The notes beneath the pieces are model-generated. The model saw nothing but the letters and a program-made list of their open reading frames with translations. It was not told the DNA's origin and did no database searches. The position numbers and the translations under genes are program-made. From Octopus vulgaris (taxonomy: Eukaryota), in contig OX597822.1 of the NCBI GenBank assembly GCA_951406725.2, positions 42,718,001 to 42,782,000 of the forward strand: 64,000 nt of DNA, read 5' to 3'. Shown here one piece after another: positions 26,214 through 40,436 of the stretch; positions within the stretch are counted from its first letter, which is position 1, and each line of letters opens with the position of its first letter.

Positions 26214-26445
26214 AAGCTATCCCTATCTACCTATCTCCCTTTAAATACACTTGCTTTTAGTACATTAAAGAGCTAGATAAGTACTGGTATCCAAAATGGC
26301 CAAGAGAAATAATGTACGAAATAGTTAAGCACCCAAATGCCTGTAGCTACATATGTTGTATGTCAACACAGCTGTGTGTGTGGGGGGGGGCGCAAGTGGC
26401 GAAGTGCCCATGAGCATGGTAACCGCTTAAGTAAAAAAGGTTTGG

Positions 26446-26644
<199 letters not shown>

Positions 26645-27965
26645 GTATGTGAGTGCGTGTATGTATTGAAAACTTGAAGTGTGTAGTTGGAAGAAAATTT
26701 GACCGCTGTTTCTAGTAGTCAAATAAGCAGATACAGACTCCTTTATTGGTAATGCTGTTGTTGCTGGCGGTAGTGGTAGAGGTAGCGGTGATGGTTTTGC
26801 TAATGATGAGGGTATCAAAAATAATGATGGTGTTGGAGGCATTGGCGTAGATGGTAGTAATGATGATAATGATGTGGCGTCTTTTGTTATTATTTTTATT
26901 GCTGTTTAACCCCAGATCAACCTTGATCTATTGCTTCGTAATTTATATAATTTTTTGGATGGATTAAGTCTCGAAACAACCGATGGAGTTGAAACTGACG
27001 TTTCAGAGTTCTCCTCTTCGAAACCGAAAGAGTTTTCCACTAACGGGATTAAAAAGCTTACGAGTTGATGGAAAGATGTCGCAGATAATCATGGAAACTA
27101 TATTGACGATTAAGTTTCAATAAAATGTAAAATTTGATCACTTGTTTTCCTTATTTAAAATCCGGACATTACTTTTGGGATGACCTGATAGCATGCTCAA
27201 TAATTAGAAGCGATATAACCGTGGTGATCCCATTCTGTTTTATAAGGAAAAGATGTACTCTTTTACTTGTTTCAGTCATTTGACTGTGGCCATGCTGAAG
27301 CACTGCATTTTTGTCGAGCAAATCGATCCCAGGACATATTCCTTGTAAGCCTAGTACTTATTCTATTGGTTCTCTTTTGCCGAACCGCTAAGTTACGGGG
27401 ACGTAAACACACCAGCATCGGTTGTCAAGCGATGTTGGGGCGGGGGGGGGGGGGGGCACAGATACACAAACATATACACACATACATATATAGAGATATG
27501 TACATATATACGACGGGCTTCTTTCAGTTTCCGTCTACCAAATCCACTCACAAGGCTTTGGTCGGCCTGAGGCTATAGTAGAAGACACTTGCCCAAGGTG
27601 CCATCCAGTGGGACCGAACCCAGAACCATGTGGTAGGTAAGCAAGCTACTTACCACACAGCCACTCTACTGTATAATATAATCATAAATATCGTATATTT
27701 TGGCATATAAGTCGAGGTAGATTTTTCAGTCAAAAAATAAATGTTCAAGCCGTATACTTATCGTATAAGTCGACCATACGGAGAAAAAAAAAAAAGACCT
27801 GTATGATTTCGGTCACAGATTTTATTGAGAAATTGCGAAATGACTGTGTTTGAGATGGATCGTATAACCAAAGCTTTTGTAGGGGCCTCGCCGTTTCCTT
27901 GTTGGTTTGTGTCTTGTAAAGTGATCGGTGGTGTTATATTTTGGAGGGAGAGAGAAAGAAGGAGA

Positions 27966-28014
<49 letters not shown>

Positions 28015-28049
28015 TGTGTGAATATGTGTATGAGAGAGAGAGTGTGTAT

Positions 28050-28096
<47 letters not shown>

Positions 28097-28695
28097 TGTG
28101 TGAATATGTGTATGAGAGAGAGTGTGTATATGTGTGTGAGAGAGAGTGTGTGTGTATGTGTGTGAGAGAGAGAGTCCGTGTGTGTGTGAGAGAGAGAGAA
28201 AGAGAAGAGAGACGGACAGATAGTGTGTGCATGTGTGTGTGAGAGAGGGAGAGAGAGAGATAGAGGGACAGGTGAGATAGAAACAGGGTGTGTCCGTGTC
28301 TCTTACACTGATGGAATGAGTTTTAGGAAATAGGGGCGCGCTAAGGTGTGGAGGGCATATGCTGGGAAGGTAGGACAAGACGTTATGAGGTGAAAGTTGC
28401 TCCCTACGACCCCTCTCCCCTCTTTCCATCACTGGTGTTTTATGTTTTGTTGCGCGCTAAAGTTGGACCTTGCATACAGAAAGCTGGCAAATATATTCCT
28501 GAAACGAATGTTTGGCTTTCTAGCGTAGCAAACGTATCAAGAATCATTTAATAATGATTAAATTTCTCTTTAATCATTCATTGATATTTTTATTATTAGA
28601 GATAAAGTAGAAAAAAAGCCACTGTTATCATGACAAGCAGCCTACAGTTATCTCCCCTAGAGCTTGCTTGTAACTTTAATCCGCTTTATCTATCG

Positions 28696-28752
<57 letters not shown>

Positions 28753-28766
28753 CCTATCTATGTATG

Positions 28767-28797
<31 letters not shown>

Positions 28798-30047
28798 GAG
28801 GTCGGAATAACTTGTAAGTTGGGTAACAAATAAAATGAGAACAAATGTTTGTTCTTGCCTCACTGCCTAACAACTAGTGTCGGTTTGTTTACGTCCCCGT
28901 AACGCAGAATTCATACAAGAGACTGATAGAAAAGAAATGCCAAACTTAAAACTACTGGGGTCGATTTGTTCGACTAAACCCTTCAAGGCAGTACCCCAGC
29001 ATGGCCGCAGTCCAGTGACTGAAACAAGATAAATGATAATCTTTGCATTCTACATAAAAGCTGGGAATACTTCTGATCACCCAGTTCTTCACCGTGCAAT
29101 TCTTGGTCAAGCGTTTCTGCTGAGAACTGGATGTTTCTTTTCAAATATTTGCCTTAATTTTTGAGTAGGAGGAAGATGAGACAGTAACGGGAAGAAATCC
29201 TTTTTTCTTTCTAATTTTGGTATACAGCCAGCAATTTTGGGGAGATAAATTCGATTCTTTTCTATTCTTGAAACTTTTGGGGAGGGGGGCCAGTCGATTA
29301 GATCGATCCAGTACACAACTGGTACTTAATTTATCGACCCCGAAAGTATGAAGGGCAAAGTCAACCTCGGCGGAATTTGAACTCAGAAAGTAGATTATTT
29401 TAAATAGATTGTTTTAACGCATGAAAAACTTTTTACCCACATATACGCTGTCGAAACTGGGGTGCAGCTAATATGCTCGTGTTTTTTTCAAGGCCAGCAA
29501 ATTCGTGATAACGGGTAAGTCGATTACATCGATCGTGGTGCTCGATTGGTACTTATCTTATCGATCTCGAAAGGATGAAATGCAAAATCAACCTCTGCGG
29601 GATTTGAACTCAGAACATAAAGACAGACGAAATACCCATTTCTTTACTACCCACAAGGGGATAAACACAGAGAGGACAACAAGGACAGACAAACGGATTA
29701 AGTCGATTATATTGACCCCAGTGCGTAACTGGTACTTAATTTATCGACCCCGAAAGGATGAAAGGCAAAGTCGACCTCGGCAGATTTTGAACTCAGAACG
29801 TAACGGCAGACGAAATACTGCTAAGCATTTTGCCTGGCGTGCAAACGTTTCTGCCAGCTCGTCGCCTTGGGCAATAAATACGATTACATCAACTCAAGTG
29901 CTGAACTGGTACTTAATTTATCGGTCGCAGAAGGTTGAAAATCAAATTCGGGTACTTTTTGATATCTCACCCCCATTTAAAAAAATCATTAAAAAATGGG
30001 GTTATCTCCCATATATAAAGAAAAGCATCACTTTTTCAAATGACAAC

Positions 30048-30830
30048 AGTCATTTTATGAATTTCCCAGTTGGAAGTCAAAATAGATGGCGGTGTAGAAT
30101 TCGTAGATGCAGACAAGAACAAGAAGTAAGAACTGAAAATTGGTTTGCTAATTCACGTTTATCTTTTCGTAAAGCAGCACTTTTCATATATTGCTGGGTA
30201 CACAACATGACAAGTATCAAATTTTGCAAACGTGAGTTTGAAATGGAAAGCCAATTGCGTTGTTGACTGGAATAACTGAGAGATGTTTGTGTTGCACACA
30301 TTTTAGCTAATCCAAGAGTGATCGGAGGACCCAACATGACTATTGAAATCGACGAAGCTGTGTTCACTAAAAGAAAAAATTCCGTCGGACATCAACTACT
30401 TCAACAATGGGGTTTTGGAGGTATTTGTGGAGAAACAAAAGAGTGTTTTGATGTTTATTGTCCCTGACAGGTCTGCGACTACACTTCTTCCAATAATAAA
30501 AGATAATATAAGACCAGGTACTACCATCATAAGTGACGAATGGTCAGCATATAAATATATAATTAAGATTGATTATTTTCAACATCTCTCTATGAATCAT
30601 TGTCTACACTTTGTCAATCCTACTAATGGAGCTCACACCCAAAATATTGAAAGACTTTAGAAGAGTGCAAAAGAAAAAAAAAGAAAAGACAAAATGGCTC
30701 TCACATAGGTCTACTGGACTCATACGTGCGAGTTTATGTGGCGACAAGAGATTAGATTAAAAGGGTTAAATCCTTTTGATTCAATACTTCAAAATATTGT
30801 TGACTTTTGGCCTCCTCAACAGGCATTCAA
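30048..30830 (+). pseudogene. Frameshifted Merlin/ISXO2 DDE transposase
   Basis: Motifs IGGPNMTIEIDEAVFTKRK, QWGFGGI, VPDRSATTLLPIIKDNIRPGTTIISDEWSAY and NHCLHFVNPTNGAHTQNIE are split across frames with stops. Confidence 0.85.
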
Positions 30831-30978
30831 TAAGATATTTAATCTTTCTTTTCACATGACTTGTTATAAAAATATTATCAAATTCAATACGATGTGTAAT
30901 CTTTTCGCTTTTCCTGTTTATTGTGTGCGTGCGCGCGCGCGCGTATGTATGTGTATAAGATATATATATATATATATT

Positions 30979-31040
<62 letters not shown>

Positions 31041-31097
31041 ATAATAACAACAACAACACCAATATAGAATAATAATAATAATAACAACAACAACAAC

Positions 31098-31132
<35 letters not shown>

Positions 31133-31178
31133 TAACAATAATAATAATAATTATAATAATAATAATAATAATAATAAT

Positions 31179-31441
31179 AGGGAATATAATTCCAAAACTT
31201 ACGGGGAAAAAGTCAAATTAACAATTTTAAATCAAATTTCACATATAATATATGTATATAATTTAAAGAAAAACCTCTATTAAACAATTCAATAAAGAAA
31301 GATGTAATTCACACCATATACTACTACTATTTACTATTTATTGTACTTTATTGATTTTTAGAATAAGGTTGTTTTTTTTTTTATAGTATATGTTTTCTAT
31401 ATGGTGTGTATAACATCTTTCTTTATTGAATTGTTTAATAG
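31179..31441. repeat. Fold-back element sharing its terminal motif with 32051-32352
   Basis: Inverted arms lie within 31277-31441. It begins AGGGAATATAATTCCAAAACTTACGGGGAAAA, close to the reverse complement of the 32323-32352 tail. Confidence 0.7.
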
Positions 31442-32014
31442 ACGTTATTTAAGTGTGTGTATATATGCCTATAGGAATGTTGACATGATTTATGTATGGT
31501 AAAGAGAGAATTTTGTCTCCAGGTTTTATTGCCTAGGGTGATTAAAAACTGACCAGCTTTTTAACTCTTCGTCAATCACGAATGCCGGCCTGTGTGTAAA
31601 TTTATGTATGTATGTATGTATGTATGTATGTATGTATGTATGTATGGATGGATGGATGGATGTATGTATGTATGGATGGATGGATGGATGTGTGTATATG
31701 CTTGTACGTATACATGTATAAGTATACACCCACGCCTTTCATCACCATTGCTTCTTTTCCTTGTCGTTTCTGTTGAAGTTGTTCTTGTAACTGTTGTCAT
31801 AGTTGACGTTGTTCTTATTTTCATTTTCTTTGATTTCCTTCGTTTTTCTTTTATCACCCTAGAGAATTCGCTGACATGCTTCTTTCATTTACTTTCTTCG
31901 TTTCTTTTAAATTTATTTATGGTACACCCACGTATTTTTTCCCCGTCCGGTTCGCGATACACTTAAACTCATGGGCTTTGGGCCGCCGGCCCTGGTTGAC
32001 CCCCACCTCTTCTC

Positions 32015-32050
<36 letters not shown>

Positions 32051-32054
<4 letters not shown>

Positions 32055-32352
32055 TAAATTAGAGACAAAACACTATTAGGCAAATCAAACAATGAAAAAC
32101 TTAAGCCAATACATAAGATTATTTAATTTATATTATTTAAATATATAACAAAATTAATTATATATTTTTAATAATTTTGTTATATATTTAAATAATATAG
32201 ATTAAATAATCTTATGTATTGGCTTAAGTTTTTCATTGTTTGATTTGCCTAATAGTGGTTTTGTCTCTAATTTAATATGATATAATATTTTACTATAAAA
32301 TTGGATTCAATCCTAAATCTGATTTTTCCCTGTAAGTTTGGATTTATTCCCT
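32051..32352. repeat. Near-perfect ~230-bp AT-rich palindrome plus tail, in (TA)n
   Basis: 32051-32158 pairs with 32171-32278. The tail ends TTTTCCCTGTAAGTTTGGATTTATTCCCT. Confidence 0.85.
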
Positions 32353-32367
32353 AATATTTATTATATA

Positions 32368-32427
<60 letters not shown>

Positions 32428-33420
32428 TGTATGTGTGTATGTGTGTGTGTGTGTGGGTGTGTGTGGATGTGTGTGGATGTGTGTGTGTGTTTGCAAATGG
32501 ACTCTTCCCAACTGAACTATCTTCGAAAAAGCTTTTTCAAAAGGAAAATATCTATTAAGATTTAACCCTACAACAAATCTTAAAAAGTGCCATGTTTGTT
32601 TTATATTAAGAAGATAGTATTTATATTAGTTCTTAAAATATCCTAAATGTAAATTAATCTCAAGAAAAATTACTAAGATAAGACATATATAAATTCACTT
32701 GAAAAAAGTGATGGTTCTTATTTTTTTTTATATATATGGGAGATAACCCCAATTTTTTAATGGGGAGATAACCCTATTTTTTTAATGGCAATTTTTAATG
32801 GGGGTGAAATAACCAAAAAGTACCCAAAATTCGACGTTGGCAATACTATTTTACTATTTACTATTTTACTATTTTACTTGTTTCAGTCATTTGACTGCGG
32901 CCATGCTGGAGCACCGCCTTTAATCGAGTAACTCGACCCCGGGACTTATTCTTTTTGTAAGCCCAGTACTTATTCTATCGGGGTCTCTTGCCGAACCGCT
33001 AAGTAACGGGGACATAACACACCAGCATCTGTTGTCAAGCAATGCTAGGGGTACAAACACAGACACACAAACACACACACATACATACATATATATACAT
33101 ATATACGACGGGCTTCTTTCAGTTTCCGTCTACCAAATCCACTCACAAGGCTTTGGTCGGCCCGAGGCTATAGTAGAAGACACTTGCCCAAGGTGCCACG
33201 CAGTGGGACTGAACCCGGAACCATGTGGTTGGTCAGCAAGCTACTTACCACACAGCCACTCCTACGTAAAAAGGCGGAAGAAATGCCATTAATCATTTTC
33301 CTCCTAGCGGGGTAACGATTCTATCAGCTCGTCACCTTAATAGTATTAACCCATTGCCTGCCATTCGCATAATTTCGGAATCTACTGAAAACAGTCTCAC
33401 TGCCGGTTGTCCGTTGCATT

Positions 33421-33652
33421 AAGGTGGCGAGCTGGCAGAAACGTTAGCACGCCGGGCGAAATGCTTAGCATATTTCGTCTGCGTTACGTTGTGAGTTCAA
33501 ATTCCGCCGAGGTCGACTTTGCCTTTCATCCTTTCGGGGTCGATAAATTAAGTACCAGTTACGCACTGGGGTCGATGTAATCGACTTAATACCTATGTCT
33601 GTCCTTGTTTGTCCCCTCTGTGTTTAGCCCCTTGTGGGTAATAAAGAAATAG
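33421..33652 (+). mobile_element. tRNA-derived SINE family A (representative copy; more than 20 copies or fragments in window)
   Basis: AAGGYGGCGAGCTGGCAGAA...GAGTTCAAATTCC (A/B box-like)...GACTTTGCCTTTCATCCTTTCGGGGTCGAT, with TSD GTCCGTTGCAT at 33409 and 33656. Confidence 0.85.
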
Positions 33653-34246
33653 GTAGTCCGTTGCATGTAAAGTGAATTGCTTATGTACAATGCATTTGCA
33701 GAGTTGTGTTTAACAATATTTAGTAGTTAAAGTTTGTCATTATTAGCTCTGGCTAATTCTAGAGGACATTTTATGTCATAAATCGCTATTTTTTAACTTA
33801 CAAAGAATAAGTCCTGGAGTCGATTTGCTCAACTAAAGGCGGTACTCCAGCATGGCCGCAGTCAAATGACTGAAACAAGTAAAAGAGTACATGCAAACAA
33901 ACGAAAATACCCTGTTGTTGCTGTTGAAATTCCAATGAAGGAGCTTTGGATCTAGGTTAGAAACCGGTTCTTTCTCTATCAGCACTCCATTAGAGTGGTA
34001 TAATTGGAGATTCGTATTCCACATTGGCATGTTGTGCTTCAGTAAGCTTGGAATCACAGGAGAAATTTTGAAGATATCCAGCGATTTCAAGATCTATGAA
34101 TGCGGTATGCCGTCGAAGGCCTTTTTACAATCAATCCATGCAGAACTGAGATTTCTGTGCTTATTATTATTATTATTATTATTAAATTTATTATCATTAT
34201 CATTATTATTATTCTTCTTCTTCTTCTTCTTCTTCTTCTTCTTCTT

Positions 34247-34347
<101 letters not shown>

Positions 34348-34351
34348 TATT

Positions 34352-34905
34352 GAGTGAGAGAGCAGTTCATGCCATCAAAGTGACTCTGGGGTAAAATATA
34401 CGAAGCCCAATATACCCATCATGACTACCCGTCTGATAAGGGTACACTAGGCACATGCATCACAACCATATGTGCGCGACATGGTGATCTCATATCAAGA
34501 TAAACAGCACATGACCTTGCAGGTGGGGCCCAGTTAGAATTTTCTTCAGGTTGAGTACCCCATCCTGCTCAAACGGTCCCTGAATAAGGGGTGTTTAAGG
34601 ATGTTGAAAGAACCACCCATGTTTCCAGAGGTGAACTATTCAAACCCCAAAGAATCCCTCTCAACACATGGCTATGATGCTCCCCCACTACTTCTGCTCG
34701 TGATCAGAGATGCACATATCGCCAGCCACTAAGGGACATGCTCAACTGGTTACGGTCAAACAACTGACAAGCAAATCTGTGGTATTGAGCAGAATATTTG
34801 CTGTAGCCCATCTTTTATACCAAGACAAAACAATGTACATGATAACACTTCCAATCAGTTAAGATCAGAAGCCATGAGAGCCACTGCCTGGTACTGCATC
34901 AGGGC

Positions 34906-34909
<4 letters not shown>
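34352..34909 (-). mobile_element. ~560-bp non-coding interspersed repeat embedded in (TAA)n; partial second copy at 48341-48660
   Basis: The two copies are near-identical over ~320 bp, and both abut (TTA)n at ...GCATTTATTATT. The full copy has (TAA)n on both sides. Confidence 0.75.
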
Positions 34910-34980
<71 letters not shown>

Positions 34981-35224
34981 TACTACATATAAGGCGGCAA
35001 ACTGGCAGAATCGTTAGGACCCCGAGTGAAATGCTTAGCTGTACTTCGTCTGTCTTCATGTTCTGAGATCAAATTCCGTCGAGGTCGACTTTGCCTTTCA
35101 TCCTTTCGGGATCGATGAAATAAGTACTAGTTACGTCCTGGGGTCGATGTAATTGACTTAACCCTTCCCACCCCCAAGCTCTCCTTGTGGTAACATTGTA
35201 AAGCATTATTATTGTTATTATTAT

Positions 35225-35995
35225 GAAGGTGGCGAGCTAGCAGAATTGTTAGCACGCCGGGTGAAATGCTTAGCGGTATTTCGTCCGCCGCTACGTTCTG
35301 AGTTCTCATTCCACCGATGTCGACTTTGCAATTCATCCTTTCGGGGTCGATTAAATAAGTACCAGTTACGCACTGGGGTCGATATAATTGACTTAATCCG
35401 TTTGTCTGTCCTTGTTTGTCCTCTCTGTGTTTAGTCCCTTGTGGGTAGTAAAGAAATAGGTATTTCGTCCGCTGCTACATTCCGAGTTCTCATTCCACCG
35501 ATGTCGACTTTGCCATTCGTCCTTTCGGGATCGATTAAATAAGTACCAGTTACGCACTGGGGTCGATCTAATCGACTTAATCCGTTTCTCTGTCCTTGTT
35601 TGTCCTCTCTGTGTTTAGCCCCTTGTGGGTAGTAAAGAAATAGATATTTCGTCCGCTGCTACGTTCCGAGTTCTTATTCAACCGATGTCGACTTTGCCAT
35701 TCGTCCTTTCGGGATCGATTAAATAAGTACCAGTTACGCACTGGGGTCGATCTAATCGACTTAATCCGTTTCTCTGTCCTTGTTTGTCCTCTCTGTGTTT
35801 AGCCCCTTGTGGGTAGTAAAGAAATAAATATTTCGTCCGCTGCTACGTTCCGAGTTCTTATTCCACCGATGTCGACTTTGCCATTCATCCTTTCGGGATC
35901 GATGATATAAGTACCAGTTACGCGCTGGGGTCGATGTAATTGACTATACCCTCCCCCAAATTTCAGGCCTTGTGCTTATAAATAGAAAGGATTAT
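35225..35995 (+). repeat. Tandem array of SINE family A, 184-bp unit
   Basis: TATTTCGTCCGC recurs at 35277, 35461, 35645 and 35829. Confidence 0.9.
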
Positions 35996-36234
35996 TATTA
36001 TGAAGGCGGCGCGCAACGGGCAAAATGCTGAGCAACATTTCGTTCGTCTTTACATTCTGAGCTCAAATTCGCCGAGGCTCACTTTGCCATTCATCTTTTG
36101 GGGGCCGATTAAATAGATATCAGTCGAAGCCTGGGATCGATCTAATCGACTTATCCCTCTTCCCACTACATTGCACCGAAATTGCTGGCCTTGAGCCAGA
36201 ATAATAAAAAAGGATTAATATCATTATTACCACT

Positions 36235-37230
36235 TGTAAATATGTACTGGAATATGCGTGCGCACGCATACATTCCGACAGGATACCGTTTGTAGAACGA
36301 TCGTGCGAAAAGGAGACGTGACGAATGAATGACTCCTTTAAACACCGCACGGTCGCCTTACAATAAAAGCCAACACATGGATAAATGAATAAGAGTGCTA
36401 TGAAAGAATAAGAAGACACAACCATAAATGTTAAGAGAAAGGTTTTATTTAGGCGTTGACACGTGGGTAGCAGAGCGTGTGTACGTGTGTGCGTCATAAG
36501 TACATATATAATAAGAACAATAAGACAGGCTGTCAAGCATACAATAATGTATATATGTCTTAGCTGAGTGTGTCTGTGTGTTCGCCATAATCGCATAAGA
36601 ACAATAATAATAAACTGGTCGTCAAGCGTACATAATGTATGTGTGTACTAACAAGTGTGTATGCGTGTGAGATAAAATACAGAACATAGAAAGTGGTTAC
36701 AATAGGACGCTACATGAATGTTCAGACACAAAATGAAAATAGATATCAGTTCGTAGTAAGATACACAATAGTTGGAATTCTGTACAAGAAGTTGAGGTCA
36801 CAAGGCAGAGGCCGGTTGAACACATGTCGTGTAGCGGTTGTGGCTTCTATGCTGTGCCGGTTTACTTGATGCAGGAAAATCTTTCAAGTAGAGCTTGCTG
36901 TTAACCATGGTGAAATATTCACAAATAGCGTGAAGTTAAACCTTGGCGAAGTCGCTGTTGGCGTCGTTAAGATGAAGGCGACGGTGGTGGAGGCGACGTT
37001 ACGGTGAAGGCGACGAAGGTGGAGGTCCTGAAATACTGCTGGTGTCGGCTGTCGCTGTAACTGGCTGTGCTCTGTGGTCAGTGGTGAGAACCAAAGACGA
37101 GTTAGGGTGAATCGCTGAGGCTTTTATAGCAAATAGTAGGCTCCAGAATAGGCCTCGAAACCGGTTTTATATTATGATCAGTAAAACCGAAACGGATTTG
37201 CCAAAACCGATTTTAATGCTCGCTGTTTCT
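36235..37230 (-). mobile_element. Possible solo LTR
   Basis: CpG-rich ~1-kb block with minus-strand TATAAAAG (~37121-37128) upstream of AATAAA (~36444-36449). Termini and TSD could not be resolved. Confidence 0.4.
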
Positions 37231-37234
37231 ATCG

Positions 37235-39549
37235 GGGCAGGACGCGGAGCGTTGTGAAGGGCCGATCACACCTGAGGATGTAATTGAGGCTATGGCGGAC
37301 TGCGGCACGCGTAAGGCGCCGGGACGGGATGGTCTACCCTATGAACTGTATAAAAGTATGCAGGACTTGTTCGGTCACCTGCTGGTGAATGTCTACACGA
37401 TCTTGCAGCAGAATGGGTTCATTCCTAGATCTGTGCGCCGGAGAGTGGTGACGCTTGTCAGAAAGGATCCGCACAAGGGGGATTGCATTGATAATTTTCA
37501 GTCCATCACTCTGCTAAACACAGAGTTGAAGATTTTGGCCAAAGTGTTATCGAAAAGGTTGGCGCGCATCGCAGATGGCTTGATCGGGAATGATAGATAT
37601 GTGCCGTTCCCGGTAGATCCATCCAGGATAATCTCGATCTTATATGGTACACTGTAGTGGGGTTTAATAACAGTTCTGGTAAGGGAGGGGCAGTGGTCCA
37701 TTTAGACCAAGCAAAGGCTTTTGATAGAGTCGACCATCATTATCTGGTGTCCGGTCTGGGCCTTGGCTTCCTCAGGTGGATCATTGAAATTTATCACAAC
37801 ATCGACTTGGTAGGACGGGTGAACGGGTTTCCATCTAAGCCGTTCAGCATCAAACGCTCGGTTCGTCAAGAGTGTCCGCTCTCTCCGCTTTTGTACGTAA
37901 TGGCTCTTGAGCCATTGCTGCGAAAATTGAGCAACATCACAAGACAGCTAAGTTGTGGAGAGTCGATTTCAGCGTACGCGGACAACATCACCATCATCAT
38001 AACTGAAATGGATCACCTACAGAGAGTAGGCAGAGCCATTGAGGAATACGATACGGTAGCAGGAGCAAAGGTTAATCGTGAAAAGTCAGTCGGCTTGCAG
38101 CTCGGCACCTGGAGAGGCAAGTCGATGCCTCCTGACAGCGTCATGGAACGTTGGACGGAGAGTCCAATTAAGTTACTAGGCGTCTGGTTTGGACCAGGCC
38201 TCCAAATAGAGAAGAACTGGGCCGAGGTAGCGAGCAGGGTGCCCCACATAGCCAAGACCTGGTCTTGGCAGTGGCTATCCCTGAAAGGGAGGGCGGAGGT
38301 AGTCAATGTGTTCATCACATCGGTCATCACCTACCGCCTAACCGTCGTTCCCTGCCCTGATTCGTGGTTGAGCAAGTTAGAAAGACAGCTCTTCTGCTTC
38401 TTGTGGAAGGGTTCGAATTCGCTTGTGAGACGCTCTATTTGCTGCCAACAACCAGGGATGCCTTGGCTGATGATGCGCAGGCACGCGCTGTGGTTGAGGC
38501 ATCTGTGGCTCCATCTGGATGGTGACCGGGTGTGGTCTCCGCTGGCGAAACAGATGTTTCCCAAGTTTACTTGTTTCGGTGGACTGGATACCTGGTTCTA
38601 TCGTAGATCGAAGTTGGATACATGGTTTACGGAGTGTCGTAAGGCTCTCCAGATATTCCATCTCTCGGGCAACGCCTGCAGTAGTGGTTCTACCACATTC
38701 TTCTATAGAGGGTTGGTTGAAGCGAACTGTGATGATACTTTGGGGGAAGCCCTAGGTCTCGACGATAATCAGCTGGCCAGTCTGTTCCAATGTACATTCG
38801 GGCCGAAGACACTGGATAACTGCCAGAAGTCTTTGGCATGGCAATGGTACTGAGGAGACTTACTTGTCCGAAACAAGCTCGCAAGGCATGGTGACCCTGG
38901 CTCACCGACCTGTCCAAGATGTGGGCGGGACAGGGAAACCGTCCCGCATGCTATTGTTCAGTGTTCGGGGGTGTCAGATGTGTGGGTTTATGCCGAATAA
39001 CTGTTGTCAAGTACAGGAAGAGTACAGCTATCGACTGAGTTAATAGGAAAAATTGACCCACCGGATTTCCTATCGAAAGAAGGTAAGAATTGCTTTCTCA
39101 TCGTAGTAGCAATTGCGAGAGAGGTGATTAGGAAGACGCGAATGAAAGGGTTAATAACAGGCATTTTTATCTCTGGCCCTGGGTTGGTGAATTTCTTTAC
39201 CTTCCACCTAAGAAGGAAAATAGGGTCAGAGAAAAAATGCCTGTCCGCGAAAATGTTCCAAGATCGATGGAAGAATGTTGCACGAATGTTGCGTATGGAT
39301 GGAACCACATAAATACAACACATGACGAACCAAAGCATCAGATTTGAGACGGGGCTCATAGGGTCAGAGCATATCCCGCCCCCCTCACTCCATTCTGTAT
39401 TGTTGTCTAGTATATGTTATCATTCGAACTATTCATATTTATGTAAAATTTTAAAATTCATCTTTTTGTTAACTCATACGAGAAATCTGACCCCATATCA
39501 GATTGTAACGTCCCCTCTTTGTTGTCTCCGTGTGAGAAAGAAAAAAAAA
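37235..39549 (+). mobile_element. L1/Tx1-clade LINE, 5'-truncated ORF2 (RT + CCHC), disrupted
   Basis: KAPGRDGLPYELY, ITLLNTELKILAK, LDQAKAFDRVDH, VRQECPLSPLLY, AYADNI and CPRC...HAIVQC, followed by a 3'UTR and poly(A) at 39541-39549. Confidence 0.9.
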
Positions 39550-40436
39550 TTTGCGATATGCTTATTGGTATTTCGTCTGCCGTTTTGTTCTGAGTTCAAA
39601 TTCCGCCGAGGACGACTTTGCCTTTCATCCTTTCGGGGTCGATAAAATAAGTACCAATTACGCACTGGGGTCGATGTAATCGACTTAATCTCCTTGTCTA
39701 TCCTTGTTTGTACCCTCTATGTTTAGCCCCCTGTGGGCAGTAAAGAAATATATGCGTATAGTGTGGTTAAATGGGCATATTTACATGTGTATGGTACTTC
39801 TTTAGGTTTAGCCTACTTTAACGCAGTTCGAAAGTATTCTAGATGATATGCAGTAATGTGTCCTGTTCTTTTTAATTGACATAATTTGTTATATTGTGCA
39901 AAAACCATGAGCAATGTTACTGAATAGTTAAAAAGATATAACTTTCGTTTCTTTCTGACTAAAAAAAAAAAAATGAAAATTATTAAAAAAATATCATCAG
40001 CTTAATCGTAATCTACACTGGATCGGGTCAAGAATTATCTAAGACTTCAAGTTTTTGAATATTCACCAAGGGTAGTTCTGACGTAGTTTTGCATGCTAAT
40101 GAAGGAAACTACGCATATTTTCTCTAGACAAGATCCACTACACTTTTGAAAGCGTGTCTCTGAAAAGAAAAGAAAAAAAAAAGGACTTATTAAAATGTTA
40201 CGGAAAATATAATCGGTAGGGGTTATTAAATTGTTCTTATGTCCTATTTATAAGAGCGATTATAGATGGTAATTACAAAATAAATTTAGTTCCTTAAAAA
40301 TGCTAAATTGTCTCCCTTGACGTGTGCGTGTGTGTTTCAGTTATTAGCCAACAACCTTGCTGGGGCATCGATTGAAGGTTTTTGTCAAACAAATCAACTT
40401 CAGTACTTCTTTAAAAATGAGGTACTTATTCTACCG

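Larger units (their letters stand above)
29951..32824 (+). mobile_element. Merlin (IS1595/ISXO2-like) DNA transposon, degenerate, with nested insertions
   Basis: TIRs GGTACTTTTTG.TAT.TCACCCCCATT at both ends with subterminal GGGTTATCTCCC repeats. TSD CAAATTCG / CAAAATTCG. Transposase relic inside. Confidence 0.85.

Noticed and set aside
26990-27025. Hammerhead-like UCGAAGA-GGAG(AA)CUCU-GAAAC-GUCA-GUU on minus
   Set aside because: The core is altered without compensation and no stem I pairing was found; at best a relic.
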